From: Actinomycetota bacterium
GTDB taxonomy: Bacteria > Actinomycetota > Humimicrobiia > Humimicrobiales > Humimicrobiaceae
Direction: 5' to 3'
NCBI GenBank assembly: GCA_016870615.1
Contig: VGAZ01000003.1
Location: forward strand, 1 to 59,869
Length of the DNA: 59,869 nucleotides
The translations under genes were made by a program, and so were the position numbers. Each line of letters begins with the position of its first letter. The first letter of the stretch is position 1. The notes beneath the pieces were generated by a model. It was not told the origin of the DNA and did not search any database. It was given only the letters and a program-made list of their open reading frames with translations. Below, one piece after another: positions 39,878-50,518 of this stretch.

Positions 39878-41089
39878 ATGAGCGCAATTGCAAAAGATAA
39901 AAACAGTGAAATATTTAAAACTGGCGGTAAATACTTGATGCCCACATACTCAAGGCTCCCTGTTGTTTTTACAAAAGCAAAAATGCAGTACCTCTGGGAT
40001 GCAAACGGCAAAAAATACACTGATTTTATTGCAGGATATGGCTGCCTTAATGTTGGCCACAGCAACAGCCAAGTAGTTTCTGCAATAAAAAAACAAATTG
40101 AAAATATAATACAGCCTTCAAATGTCTATTATAATGTCCCGCAGGTTATTCTTGCAGAGAAGTTGTGTAAAATTACCGGTTTTGGCTCCAAGGTTTTTTT
40201 TGCAAACAGCGGCACAGAAGCAGTTGAAGGCGCAGTTAAGCTTGCTAGGAAGTACTCAAAAGAAAAATTTGGCCAGCACAGGTATAAAATAATATCATTT
40301 AATAAATCTTTTCATGGGCGCACGATGGGCGCACTTTCAGCAACCGCCCAGGAGCAAAAACAGAAAATTTACCAGCCCCTGCTTGACGGGTTTGATTATG
40401 CAGACATAAATGATATTGATTCAGTAAAGGCAAAAATAGATGGCAATACCTGTGCTATTATACTTGAGCCGATACAGGGTGAGGGCGGAATAAATGTTTC
40501 TGATAATGAATTTTTAAAAAACCTTAAAGCTTTATGCACTGAAAATAAAATACTGCTTATATTTGATGAGGTGCAGACGGGATTTGCAAGGACTGGAAAG
40601 ATGTTTGCATATAATAATTATGGTGTTTGCCCTGACATCCTGGTGCTTGCAAAAAGCCTTGGAGGAGGAATGCCCCTGGGTGCCATTGTTTCAAGTGATG
40701 AGATAAGCTCTGTATTTACACCTGGAAGCCACGGTTCAACTTTCGGGGGCAATGCTGCATCATGTGCAGCCGGTATTGCTGTAATAGACTATATTATTAA
40801 AAACAGGCTTTCCGACAGGGCTTTTAATATGGGCAAATATTTTGTATCGAAGCTTTCTAAACTTAAAATGCAAAACAGCATAATAAAAGATATAAGGGGA
40901 ATGGGGTTAATGATTGGCATGGAACTGTCAAAACCTGTTGCAGCAGAACTTGTGGAAGCGGCACTTTCCGGTGGTTTTGTGATAAACAAAATTTCACCTT
41001 CAATATTGAGGTTTCTGCCAACACTTGTTATATCAAAAAGAAATATAGATGCACTTATAAAATGGCTTGCTTTAAACTTGAAAAAGTAA
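39878..41089 (+). CDS. argD: Acetylornithine aminotransferase
   Basis: NSGTEA, SFHGRT, DEVQTG, AKSLGGG and HGSTFGGN motifs; arg operon context. Confidence 0.95.
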   Translation: MSAIAKDKNSEIFKTGGKYLMPTYSRLPVVFTKAKMQYLWDANGKKYTDFIAGYGCLNVGHSNSQVVSAIKKQIENIIQPSNVYYNVPQVILAEKLCKITGFGSKVFFANSGTEAVEGAVKLARKYSKEKFGQHRYKIISFNKSFHGRTMGALSATAQEQKQKIYQPLLDGFDYADINDIDSVKAKIDGNTCAIILEPIQGEGGINVSDNEFLKNLKALCTENKILLIFDEVQTGFARTGKMFAYNNYGVCPDILVLAKSLGGGMPLGAIVSSDEISSVFTPGSHGSTFGGNAASCAAGIAVIDYIIKNRLSDRAFNMGKYFVSKLSKLKMQNSIIKDIRGMGLMIGMELSKPVAAELVEAALSGGFVINKISPSILRFLPTLVISKRNIDALIKWLALNLKK

Positions 41090-41132
41090 ATCAGGGGGAC
41101 GGTTCTCTTTAAATCAGGGGGACGGTTCTCTT
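41087..41132. repeat. Perfect tandem duplication of the 23-bp unit TAAATCAGGGGGACGGTTCTCTT
   Basis: Read directly at 41087-41109 and 41110-41132. Confidence 0.9.
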
Positions 41133-41192
41133 TGCTTGCTTTTTGCTTGTGCAGTTTGAGCACTTAAGCGAAACGAAAGGAAATATAAAAAA

Positions 41193-42161
41193 TTGAATGA
41201 TTTAAAGATTGATCTTGGTTTTGACAAAATAAAAATAGAAAAAAAGAAGGATTTTCTTACTTTAAAAGATTATTCCAAAGAAGAAATACTTTATCTTCTA
41301 AGTCTTGCTGCTGATATAAAAAAGGAAAAAGAACTTTTTAGTGACAGGCTTAAAGGAAAAAATATCGCAATGCTTTTTGATAAGCATTCAACAAGGACAA
41401 GGCTTTCTTTTGAAGTTGCAATATCCCAGCTTGGCGGAAACTGTATATATCTTGATGCAGCATCGCTGCAGATTAAAAGAGGCGAGACTATTAAGGACAG
41501 CGCAATAGTTTTCGGCAGGTATCTTGACGGACTTGTGATAAGGACATTTTCCCATGAAACGATAGAGGTTTTTGCAGATTATTCAAATATTACTGTAATA
41601 AACGGGCTGACCGATATGTATCACCCCTGCCAGGCTTTATCTGATCTTTTTACTATAGGGGAATTTGGGCTGCTTGAAAAGGAGCTTAAATTTACTTATT
41701 TGGGGGATTGCAATAATGTATCAAACAGCCTTATGGTCGGCTTTTCAAAACTGGGCCTTGATTTAACATTGGGATGCAGCAAAAAATACGGCCCTTCTGC
41801 TGAAATACTTCAGTACTGCCAAAAACAAGCCGCGAAAAGCGGAAGCAAAATAAATATTATAAACGACCCTTTTGATGCTGTTGAATGCGCAGATATAATT
41901 TATACGGATGTGTGGATAAGTATGGGCGATAAAGACTCTGCAGAAAAGGTAAAAGAGTTGTCAGCTTTCCAGGTAAACAGTAAGCTGCTGGCATATGCAA
42001 AACCAGGCGTTAAAGTCATGCACTGCCTTCCTGCGCACAGGGAGCAGGAGATAACGTCTGAAGTGCTTGACGGAAACCATTCTGTCATTTGGCAGCAGGC
42101 TGAAAACAGGCTGCATGCGCAGAAGGCCCTTCTTGTTTACCTGTTTTCTGAAAACTTTTAA
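41193..42161 (+). CDS. argF: Ornithine carbamoyltransferase
   Basis: STRTR, HPCQ, DVWISMG, HCLPAHR and AENRLH motifs. Confidence 0.96.
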   Translation: MNDLKIDLGFDKIKIEKKKDFLTLKDYSKEEILYLLSLAADIKKEKELFSDRLKGKNIAMLFDKHSTRTRLSFEVAISQLGGNCIYLDAASLQIKRGETIKDSAIVFGRYLDGLVIRTFSHETIEVFADYSNITVINGLTDMYHPCQALSDLFTIGEFGLLEKELKFTYLGDCNNVSNSLMVGFSKLGLDLTLGCSKKYGPSAEILQYCQKQAAKSGSKINIINDPFDAVECADIIYTDVWISMGDKDSAEKVKELSAFQVNSKLLAYAKPGVKVMHCLPAHREQEITSEVLDGNHSVIWQQAENRLHAQKALLVYLFSENF

Positions 42162-42258
42162 ATACAAAAAGCCTGGAAGGTATAAGAAGGATAAAAGTTA
42201 AGTTATAGCTTTTTTGTCTTTGTGCAATATAAACAGGCCTAAAGGAATATGTATAAAA

Positions 42259-42714
42259 ATGAAAAGAAGCGAAAGATTAAAAGCAATAAGGGAAATAATT
42301 GCCGGCAGCAAGATATCATCCCAGGAAAACCTGGCGGTTGAACTTGATAAAAGGGGATTCAATGTCACGCAGGCGACCGTTTCAAGAGACATACAGTTTT
42401 TAAACCTTGTAAAGGTCAGGGATGCCCAGCAGAACGAATACTACTCCTTAAGTTCAAAATATCATGGCGATCCGCAGGTGGGGCTTCAAAAGGTAAAAGC
42501 AAAATTTGCCGGAAATGTCATATCTGTTGAAAGGGCAAACAACATAGTTGTCATAAAAACAAATCCGGGTGAGGCGCAGGGTGTTGCAGCAGCACTGGAC
42601 GGAGCTAACTTTGCTGAAATACTGGGCACTGTAGCAGGGGATGACACCATAATATGTGTTATTGAAAATGAAGAAAACGCAGGCAAAATACTTGATTTGT
42701 TCAGGAATTATTAA
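42259..42714 (+). CDS. argR: Arginine repressor
   Basis: TQATVSRD and GTVAGDDT motifs. Confidence 0.95.
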   Translation: MKRSERLKAIREIIAGSKISSQENLAVELDKRGFNVTQATVSRDIQFLNLVKVRDAQQNEYYSLSSKYHGDPQVGLQKVKAKFAGNVISVERANNIVVIKTNPGEAQGVAAALDGANFAEILGTVAGDDTIICVIENEENAGKILDLFRNY

Positions 42715-42740
42715 AAGAAGTAAAGGAGTTAAAAACTAAA

Positions 42741-43937
42741 ATGGCTAAAAAAGTTATACTTGCTTATTCGGGCGGTCTTGATACATCCGTATCAATTAAA
42801 TGGATAAAAGAAAATTACAATATGGATGTTATAGCAGTTTTAATAGACTGCGGACAGCCTGACGATTTAAATGAGGCATACCAGAGGGCTACCCAAAATG
42901 GAGCACAAAAGGCCTTTATAGTAGATGCAAAAAAGGAATTCGCAGACGACTTTATAACACCTTCAATAAAAGCAAATTTAAAATATGAGAAAAACTATGT
43001 CCTTGCAACCGCTCTTGCAAGGCCACTTATTGCAAAAAAACTTGTTGAGGCCGCCCAAAAAGAAAAAGCAGAAGCTATAGCTCATGGATGCACCGCAAAG
43101 GGCAATGACCAGGTCAGGTTTGATGTTGGAATAAGAAGCTTAAACCCGGCCCTTAAAATAATAGCGCCGCTGAGGGAATGGAAACTTACCCGTGAAGAGG
43201 AAATTGAATATGCGCATAAACATGGCATTAAAATAACTGTTACCAAAAAATCCCCCTACAGCATTGATGAAAACCTCTGGGGCAGAAGCATAGAATGCGG
43301 GATACTTGAAGATGTCTGGCAAGAGCCGCCGGAAGATGTGTATGGCTGGACAAAAATAACAAAAAAACCTGCTGATTATGAATATATCGAAATCGGCTTT
43401 AAAGAAGGGGTGCCGGTATCGCTCAACGGCAACCCGGCAAAATTACAGGACCTGGTAAAGAAATTAAATGAACTTTCAGGCCCTTATGGCATCGGGAGAT
43501 CTGATATGGTAGAAAACCGCCTTATAGGCATTAAGTCAAGGGAGGTTTATGAAGCGCCTGCTGCAGTTGTTATAATTGAAGCTCACAGGCAGCTTGAGAG
43601 CCTGGTTCTTGACAGGGAACTTCTGCATTACAAATACTTGCTTGAGGAAAAGATGGCTGAAATGGTTTATTATGGCCTGTGGTTTTCGCCGCTTATGAAT
43701 TGCCTTAAAAGCTTTGTTGACAAAAGCCAGGAAAATGTCAGCGGCACTGTAAAAGTAAAACTATCGTATAAAAACTTTGCAGTATGCGGACGCAAATCAG
43801 AATACTCGCTTTATGATTTAAACCTGGCTACTTATGACAGGGATGATAGTTTTGACCCGAAACACTCAGAAAGCTTTATTAAAGTATGGGGTTATCCGTA
43901 TGAGCTTATGGGGAAAAAAGGCAGGATTAAAGGATAG
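42741..43937 (+). CDS. argG: Argininosuccinate synthase
   Basis: AYSGGLDTS, KGNDQVRF and GIKSREVYE motifs. Confidence 0.97.
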   Translation: MAKKVILAYSGGLDTSVSIKWIKENYNMDVIAVLIDCGQPDDLNEAYQRATQNGAQKAFIVDAKKEFADDFITPSIKANLKYEKNYVLATALARPLIAKKLVEAAQKEKAEAIAHGCTAKGNDQVRFDVGIRSLNPALKIIAPLREWKLTREEEIEYAHKHGIKITVTKKSPYSIDENLWGRSIECGILEDVWQEPPEDVYGWTKITKKPADYEYIEIGFKEGVPVSLNGNPAKLQDLVKKLNELSGPYGIGRSDMVENRLIGIKSREVYEAPAAVVIIEAHRQLESLVLDRELLHYKYLLEEKMAEMVYYGLWFSPLMNCLKSFVDKSQENVSGTVKVKLSYKNFAVCGRKSEYSLYDLNLATYDRDDSFDPKHSESFIKVWGYPYELMGKKGRIKG

Positions 43938-43940
43938 TAT

Positions 43941-45383
43941 ATGAAAAAAGAAAAAATTTGGCAGGGAAGGATACAAAGTGACCCGGACAGCCTTGCAGAA
44001 AAGTTCACAGCTTCAATAAGCACTGACATAAATCTTTATATGCAGGATTTAACCGGTACAGCGGCATATGCTATTGGGCTTGAAAGCATTGGCATAATCA
44101 ATGGGGATGAAAAGAAAAAAATACTTTCCGGCCTTAAAAAAATTCGTGAAAATATTGAAAAGGAAAAAATTTGTCCGGGTAAATATGAGGATGTGCACAG
44201 CCTGGTGGAATATGAGCTTTGCGCCCTTGCAGGCGATGCTGCCGGCAAGGTGCACACAGGAAGAAGCCGCAATGACCAGATAGTAACGGATGAGCTTTTA
44301 TTTATAAAAGAGTCTGCAGCAGAGGCTATAAGTTTTATTATCAGCCTCCTGGATGCAATATTGAAAAAAGCAGGCAGCTGCGCCGGCCTTGTTATGCCTG
44401 CATACACGCATATGCAAAAGGCCCAGCCGGTGCTGGTATCCCATTATCTTCTTTCATATTATGAGAAGTTTTCCCGCAATTGTAAAAAGCTTATCCAGGT
44501 TTTTGAAGACAGTGACTGGCTGCCCCTTGGCGCTGCCGCCTGTGCCGGAAGCGGTTATGGGCTTAACACAAATCTTTTGGCAGAGCTTTTAAAGTTCAAA
44601 AGAACCGGTAAAAACAGCATGGACATAGTAAGCAGCAGGGATTATTTAATAGACTATATTTACTGCTGCACCATGATAATGTTAAACCTTGGCAGATTCT
44701 GCGAGGATCTGATAATTTACAGCAGCCAGGAATTTTCATGCGCTGACATATGCGAGAAGTTCTGCACAGGAAGCAGCATAATGCCGCAGAAAAAAAATCC
44801 GGATATACTTGAGCTCATACGCGGCAAAAGCGCTGTTGTTGCAGGCAGCCTCACACAGATAATAACGCTTGTCAAAGGACTGCCTTCAACATATAACAGC
44901 GACATGCAGGAAGACAAGAAAATACTTTTTAATGCAAAAAAGGAAACGCTTGACAGCATTGAAATCTTCATCCGTGTTCTTGAGCATACTGAATTTAAAG
45001 CTTTCAGCATTGAAGACAAGATGCCGGAAGGTTATATGGAAGCAACTGATGCTGCGGATTATCTTGTTAAAAAAGGCCAAAGCTTCCGCAGCGCCCATCA
45101 TATAATTGGAAAAATTGTAAGGTACTGCATTAAAAACAATATGAAGCTCAGTGACATTCCTGTTAAAAAATTAAAAGAATACTCTCCGTATTTTGAAAGT
45201 GATTTTTATGCCTCTATAAGCTTGAAGAGCTGTATAAATTCAAAAATAACTTCATGCGGAACTTCAGAAAAATCTGTAATGAATAATATTTCCAAAAACA
45301 CAAAAGAGCTTGATAAGCTTAAAAAAACCTTAAATAATCTCTACAGCAGGATACCTGATTTTGATGAGCTCACCGGCAACTAA
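43941..45383 (+). CDS. argH: Argininosuccinate lyase
   Basis: HTGRSRNDQ, YTHMQKAQP and GSSIMPQKKNPD motifs. Confidence 0.97.
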   Translation: MKKEKIWQGRIQSDPDSLAEKFTASISTDINLYMQDLTGTAAYAIGLESIGIINGDEKKKILSGLKKIRENIEKEKICPGKYEDVHSLVEYELCALAGDAAGKVHTGRSRNDQIVTDELLFIKESAAEAISFIISLLDAILKKAGSCAGLVMPAYTHMQKAQPVLVSHYLLSYYEKFSRNCKKLIQVFEDSDWLPLGAAACAGSGYGLNTNLLAELLKFKRTGKNSMDIVSSRDYLIDYIYCCTMIMLNLGRFCEDLIIYSSQEFSCADICEKFCTGSSIMPQKKNPDILELIRGKSAVVAGSLTQIITLVKGLPSTYNSDMQEDKKILFNAKKETLDSIEIFIRVLEHTEFKAFSIEDKMPEGYMEATDAADYLVKKGQSFRSAHHIIGKIVRYCIKNNMKLSDIPVKKLKEYSPYFESDFYASISLKSCINSKITSCGTSEKSVMNNISKNTKELDKLKKTLNNLYSRIPDFDELTGN

Positions 45384-47796
45384 AATTGAACTTGTCAGCC
45401 CGGCAGGCAATATGTATGCCCTTACTGCAGCTATTAATGCAGGAGCTGATGCAGTATATCTTGGATATAAAAAATTCGGGGCCAGGGCATATGCAGAAAA
45501 TTTTGGTCTTGAGCAGTTAAAAGAAGCTGTAAAAATATCGCATGAAAGTAATGTGAAAGTGTATCTTACACTAAATACACTGCTAAAAGATGCTGAGCTT
45601 GCCGAGCTGGGGCATTTTTTAAATGAGTATTTAAGTTTCTGCCGGGATGGAATAATAATACAGGATTTCGGCTTATATAAAATTATAATGGATTTATATC
45701 CACGGACAAGAATTCATGCAAGCACACAGCTTAACACCCACAACCTTAAAACAGCAGAATTTCTGCATGAGCTCGGTTTTTCAAGGGTTGTCCTTGCAAG
45801 GGAAATGGACTTTGAAGAAATAATAAATATTAATAAAAATACCCAAATTGAAACAGAAGTATTCGGCCATGGTTCACAGTGTTATTCTTACTCCGGAAAC
45901 TGCTACTTTTCCTCCTTTACAGGTAAAAGAAGCGGAAACCGCGGAAGGTGCACCCAGCCATGCAGGATGAAATACAGCCTTGAAACTGCTGCGGGGAAAA
46001 AAACCGCAGGTAGTAAAAATATAAATACGCTTATTAAAGATTCATATATTATAAGCAAGGCGGACCTTTGTACTCTTGCAATAATCCCGCAGCTTGCAAG
46101 CGCCGGTGTAAATGCCATAAAAATAGAAGGGCGCAACAAGACTGCTGAATATAGCGGAATAATAACAGGCGTGTACAGGAAATACCTGGATATGTATTAC
46201 AGTGATCCCGGCAATTATAAAGTGAACCAAAATGATATTTATAAAATAACCCAGGTGTTTTCAAGGCAGCTTTGCACTGGGTATTTTCTAAATAAATATC
46301 CGCAGGACATAGTTTCAATGAAAAAGTCAGGAAGCGTGGGCAATTTCCTGGGAAGGGTACTTGAAGTAAAAAGCGGCTGTCTCACCATTAAGACAAATAT
46401 TGAAGTAAATAAAGGCGATATTATAGAAATATGGACCAACAGGGGAAATGAGCAACTCAAAGTTACCGGCGTTTTTATAATTGAAGAAAACATAACCACA
46501 GATGCAAAGGGCAAAAAAAGTAAAATAAAAAACAGTGGAAAAATTACCGCCAAAAATATTATAAGACTTAAAACAGACAGAATTTCAAAATGCAGTGCAG
46601 GGGACAGGGTTTTCAAGTTTTATGATGCAGAGCTTGACAGGCAGGCAAAGAGCCTTTATAAAGATGCAATAAAGAAGGGCAGTGGTTATGCTGCTGATAA
46701 ACTCTTTCAAAAAATAAGCAAAAATGAAATAGAAGATTATTTCAGCTATATGAATTTAACAGATACTGGCGCTGGTAAATCAATCGGCCCTAAATCTTTA
46801 AAACCGGTTAATGATAAATACAAAACACAGCTTTCAGTAGAAGTGGACAGCCTTGAGGCGGCGGCCCTTACTTTTAATAAAGGTCCCTTAAATAACATAA
46901 GGAATATAATAGTTAACGGCTTTAATGAAGTTTTTAATGGTAAAAAAACCTTTTTTGATGAAATATATTCTCTTAATAAGCATATTCAAGGCGCAGGCGC
47001 AAGACTGGTAATTAAAACCCCGGATATTATTTATGATGATGATTTTGCCATACTTGAAAATACTTTGCCTGGGCTGGCCGCCTGTGGGATAAACAATTTT
47101 TCAATAGCAAATACCGGTGTTTTAAAAGCATTAATAAATTGTATTAATTGCAGCGCAATATCTGATAAAAGCCCGAAAAAAGAAAATACTGTAAATCTTT
47201 ACCTTGACAGTTCGATGAATATATTTAATGCAGCAGCGGCCAGTTTTTTCAATTCAGTTGTAAAAGACTGCCCTTCAGCCAGGATACAAGACATAACCCT
47301 TTCCGCAGAGCTCAGTCTTGATGAAATAATGGATATCGCTGCATTTGATGCAAATACCAGTTTTTCAGTATACAGTTACGGTTATTACCCTGTTATGAGC
47401 GCCAGGCTTAAACTTGGCTATCTTGATAAGGGTTATAAAAGGGCAAAAAATTTTGATGGCAGTGATTTAAAATCATATTACCTCAAGGACCGGAAGGGAT
47501 ACAGCTTCAGGATAATTAGCGGCTATAATGAAAATGTTGTTTTTTTAAATTCAAGAAAAATCTGCAACTTCTTTGATATGAGGCAATTCTTAAACAAAAA
47601 GATAAGCAATTTTCTTATAGATACAAAGACCTTTAACGGCAGCCAGATTTTGGAAATAGTAAATTATTACAGCGCCGCACTTGATTTGCTAAATGCAAAA
47701 AAGTATGCAGAGTTTGACAAACTTGCAGCCGGTGCAGCAAAAAGCCCATTGTTTTCAGATTATACAAGGGGACATTTCTTCAGGGAAGTGTTGTGA
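45364..47796 (+). CDS. U32 'peptidase' family protein (RlhA/TrhP-like Fe-S hydroxylation family)
   Basis: ELVSPAG, GADAVY, HASTQ, CYSYSGNC, NRGRCTQPCR and KIEGR motifs; degenerate second U32 domain. Confidence 0.9.
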   Translation: MSSPATKIELVSPAGNMYALTAAINAGADAVYLGYKKFGARAYAENFGLEQLKEAVKISHESNVKVYLTLNTLLKDAELAELGHFLNEYLSFCRDGIIIQDFGLYKIIMDLYPRTRIHASTQLNTHNLKTAEFLHELGFSRVVLAREMDFEEIININKNTQIETEVFGHGSQCYSYSGNCYFSSFTGKRSGNRGRCTQPCRMKYSLETAAGKKTAGSKNINTLIKDSYIISKADLCTLAIIPQLASAGVNAIKIEGRNKTAEYSGIITGVYRKYLDMYYSDPGNYKVNQNDIYKITQVFSRQLCTGYFLNKYPQDIVSMKKSGSVGNFLGRVLEVKSGCLTIKTNIEVNKGDIIEIWTNRGNEQLKVTGVFIIEENITTDAKGKKSKIKNSGKITAKNIIRLKTDRISKCSAGDRVFKFYDAELDRQAKSLYKDAIKKGSGYAADKLFQKISKNEIEDYFSYMNLTDTGAGKSIGPKSLKPVNDKYKTQLSVEVDSLEAAALTFNKGPLNNIRNIIVNGFNEVFNGKKTFFDEIYSLNKHIQGAGARLVIKTPDIIYDDDFAILENTLPGLAACGINNFSIANTGVLKALINCINCSAISDKSPKKENTVNLYLDSSMNIFNAAAASFFNSVVKDCPSARIQDITLSAELSLDEIMDIAAFDANTSFSVYSYGYYPVMSARLKLGYLDKGYKRAKNFDGSDLKSYYLKDRKGYSFRIISGYNENVVFLNSRKICNFFDMRQFLNKKISNFLIDTKTFNGSQILEIVNYYSAALDLLNAKKYAEFDKLAAGAAKSPLFSDYTRGHFFREVL

Positions 47797-47945
47797 ATTA
47801 GTGATATAAAAGAATTAAATATTTTTTATTGACAGCTTTGCATTTATGTGCAAATATTAATATGTAAATATGCAGTAATTATATACAGCAAATATATGGG
47901 TTTATAGCAGTATTTTAATGTAAAATTCGCAGCAATAAAGAAGCA

Positions 47946-49706
47946 ATGGTAAAAATAAAACAAAAGCGATGCCGCTATTATTTAAACAGGGCATTTTCTG
48001 CCCTGGCAATTGTTGTCATGTTTTTAACAATTCCATACTTTTTATTTCCACCCTCCAGTGTTTTTGCTGCAGACAACCAGGCTATTATAATATGCATAAA
48101 TCCCGGCCATGGCGGAAAGGACCACGGAGCAACCGGGCCTACGGGCCTAAAGGAAAAAGATGTAAACCTTGATATTGCATTCAGGCTGAGGGAAAAGCTT
48201 TCAGGCGCAGGATTTAAGGTCATTCTTACTCGGGAAGATGATACAAAGAAGCCACTTGATGAAATAGTTAATTTTGTAAATGCAAGCAATGCTGATATTT
48301 TTATCAGCGTGCATAATAACAGCCACACAAACAGGGAGAAAAACGGCACTGAAACTTTTTATTACAGCCAGTCACCAGCGGGCCGCATACTTGCAGGATG
48401 CATAAACAGCAGTGTGGTGCAGCAGATAGGCACATTAAACAGGGGTGTAAAAGCTGCTGAATTTACAGAAATCAAGGGTGTAAAAATGGTTTCGGCTTTG
48501 CATGAAGGCGCTTTTATTTCAAACCCTGATGAAGAGGCAAAGTTAAATGATGCAGGTTTCAGGGATAAAATTGCTGAAGGAATTTATAAAGGTATCCTTG
48601 AATATCTTCAGGCAGATGCAGGAAGTATTTCAGCCGGTAAAAAATTATCCTCATCCCAGTCATTTGTAAGAAGGGTTTACAATAAGGGTCTAAATATAGA
48701 GCCGGATAATGAAACTATAAGCAGCTGGGCCCAAAAGCTTTCAAGCGGGGCAGTTTCACATGCTGATTTTATAAGGAATTTATTTTCAGGCAGCCAGATG
48801 ACTGCAAGAAACCTCACTGACAGCCAGTATGTCGATGTTTTATACAATGCAATACTTGACAGGAGTCCTGATAATACTGGCAAATCTTTCTGGAGTGCGC
48901 AGGTAAAAGTTACCGGAAGGCTTGCAGTGCTGAACCAGTTTCTTGCTTCCGTTGAATTTAACGGGCTCCTTAAGGGTTACGGGTTGTACGGCTACGTTTA
49001 TTCGGGCAGTGTAAATACGGCCAACTTCAGCTCCCAGAACGCTTCAATTGCATCAAATGTATTAAATATTTCTTTTTTAAACGGAGTGGGATTAAAAGGC
49101 ATCGCTGCAAAAACTTCAGGGCTTTTCAGGGACATAAAGGACACCGAAGGCAAAAATAAATATAATATTTATGTTGTTGCAGATGCGGCCAATTATAACT
49201 ATATAAACACCCAGATTATCTGCAAATCTGATAAGGATGAGATTAAAAAGGCAGCAGAAGAAATAAAGAAAATTCTTGGAGCAGGAACTGTTATGAAACA
49301 GGCCGGGACCTCACAGGTGTCTGATGTGGTGGTAATAATCGGGAGGGATCTTATAAATCCAGCAGGTTTTAATAATTCAACTGGAAATGCCTCAATCAGC
49401 AATGGTTCTATTGTTATAAATATTTTAAATGGGCAGGGCTCTTTCGGCATAGCTGCAAGAACAAAAAGCAGTGTTGAAGCTGCATTTAAAACATCGCAGA
49501 ATGCCATAAAAGTTAAAGAAACAAAAAACGCTGACAGTTTCAGTTATAAAAAAACCAAAATATTAATATTTACAGAAGCCCCCGGCGTTGAAGACGCTGC
49601 CAGGCAGTTAAAGGATTTTCTTGGTACAGGTGAAATTGAAAAATCAGGAACCAATCCCGACAATGTTGACATTACCATTATCCTGGGAAGCGATTATAAG
49701 AAATAA
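47946..49706 (+). CDS. N-acetylmuramoyl-L-alanine amidase (Amidase_3) with DUF4214-like and two LytR_C-like domains
   Basis: PGHGG, EK, SVHNN and HEGAF Zn motifs; LYNAILDRSPD; two LNGxGxxGIAA...IIGxD repeats. Confidence 0.88.
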   Translation: MVKIKQKRCRYYLNRAFSALAIVVMFLTIPYFLFPPSSVFAADNQAIIICINPGHGGKDHGATGPTGLKEKDVNLDIAFRLREKLSGAGFKVILTREDDTKKPLDEIVNFVNASNADIFISVHNNSHTNREKNGTETFYYSQSPAGRILAGCINSSVVQQIGTLNRGVKAAEFTEIKGVKMVSALHEGAFISNPDEEAKLNDAGFRDKIAEGIYKGILEYLQADAGSISAGKKLSSSQSFVRRVYNKGLNIEPDNETISSWAQKLSSGAVSHADFIRNLFSGSQMTARNLTDSQYVDVLYNAILDRSPDNTGKSFWSAQVKVTGRLAVLNQFLASVEFNGLLKGYGLYGYVYSGSVNTANFSSQNASIASNVLNISFLNGVGLKGIAAKTSGLFRDIKDTEGKNKYNIYVVADAANYNYINTQIICKSDKDEIKKAAEEIKKILGAGTVMKQAGTSQVSDVVVIIGRDLINPAGFNNSTGNASISNGSIVINILNGQGSFGIAARTKSSVEAAFKTSQNAIKVKETKNADSFSYKKTKILIFTEAPGVEDAARQLKDFLGTGEIEKSGTNPDNVDITIILGSDYKK

Positions 49707-49823
49707 TTATTTATAGCCTTAAAATTAATATTTTTTTTATAATCCTTACTTTAATTTTGCCCGGGACACAATACTATATTGAAAAAAGAAAAAAGTGTCC
49801 TTTCAGATTTCAATCCGCTAATA

Positions 49824-50393
49824 TTAATCAAATTTAACAGGTATTTCTATTTTTTCATCATGTTCTGCAAGCCCAGAGGGATTATCTTTTTCAAGCACAA
49901 GTGTGCCGGTTTCAGTCCCGGGAGCTTCAAATACAATTTCAGCAATAAAGGGCACGAAATCCTCAGTCATCCATTCACCCTGAGCCTGCCCGTAGTGGCT
50001 CGCAATTAAATTTCCGTCAGCGTCAAAAAGTTTTATTGGAAAATCTGCTTCAAAATACCATGTTCCCCTTGCCCTGCCTGTGATTGTAAGGGGGCTTGAA
50101 ATTGCCTGGCCTGGAGTGGGGCTATCAACTACTATTAAATCAGCCATGTCTTTTTGTGCATTAGCATTTTCTTTTGCATTATCAGTCTTATTATCTTTTT
50201 GCGGTTTTTCGATTTCTGCAGTGGTTTCCGTAACGGTTTTGGCAGCGCTACTTTGAGTAACTCCAGAATCACTACCGGCAGTCTTTAATTGCCCAACAGG
50301 GCAGCATGAAACTGCAGTAAAAATAATAAACAGTGTAAGTATAAAAATTAAAATACAGCCTGTTATGCTTGAAAACTTCAATCCTTTATTCAT
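49824..50393 (-). CDS. Gmad2 immunoglobulin-like domain lipoprotein
   Basis: GRARGTWYFEADFP and LEKDNPSG motifs; N-terminal hydrophobic segment ending in AVSC. Confidence 0.8.
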   Translation of the reverse strand: MNKGLKFSSITGCILIFILTLFIIFTAVSCCPVGQLKTAGSDSGVTQSSAAKTVTETTAEIEKPQKDNKTDNAKENANAQKDMADLIVVDSPTPGQAISSPLTITGRARGTWYFEADFPIKLFDADGNLIASHYGQAQGEWMTEDFVPFIAEIVFEAPGTETGTLVLEKDNPSGLAEHDEKIEIPVKFD

Positions 50394-50518
50394 GTTCTTT
50401 TCTCCTTTCAACTTTTCTATATAAAAAACAAAAAATTTAAATATAACTTTTTCTAGCTGCTAACTCTTTGTAATTAAACAGCAAATTTATTGATTGTAGC
50501 CTTTCTTTACCCTGAACT

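Noticed and set aside
41087-41132. Mini-CRISPR interpretation of the 23-bp repeat
   Set aside because: The units are directly adjacent with no spacer, and there are no cas genes
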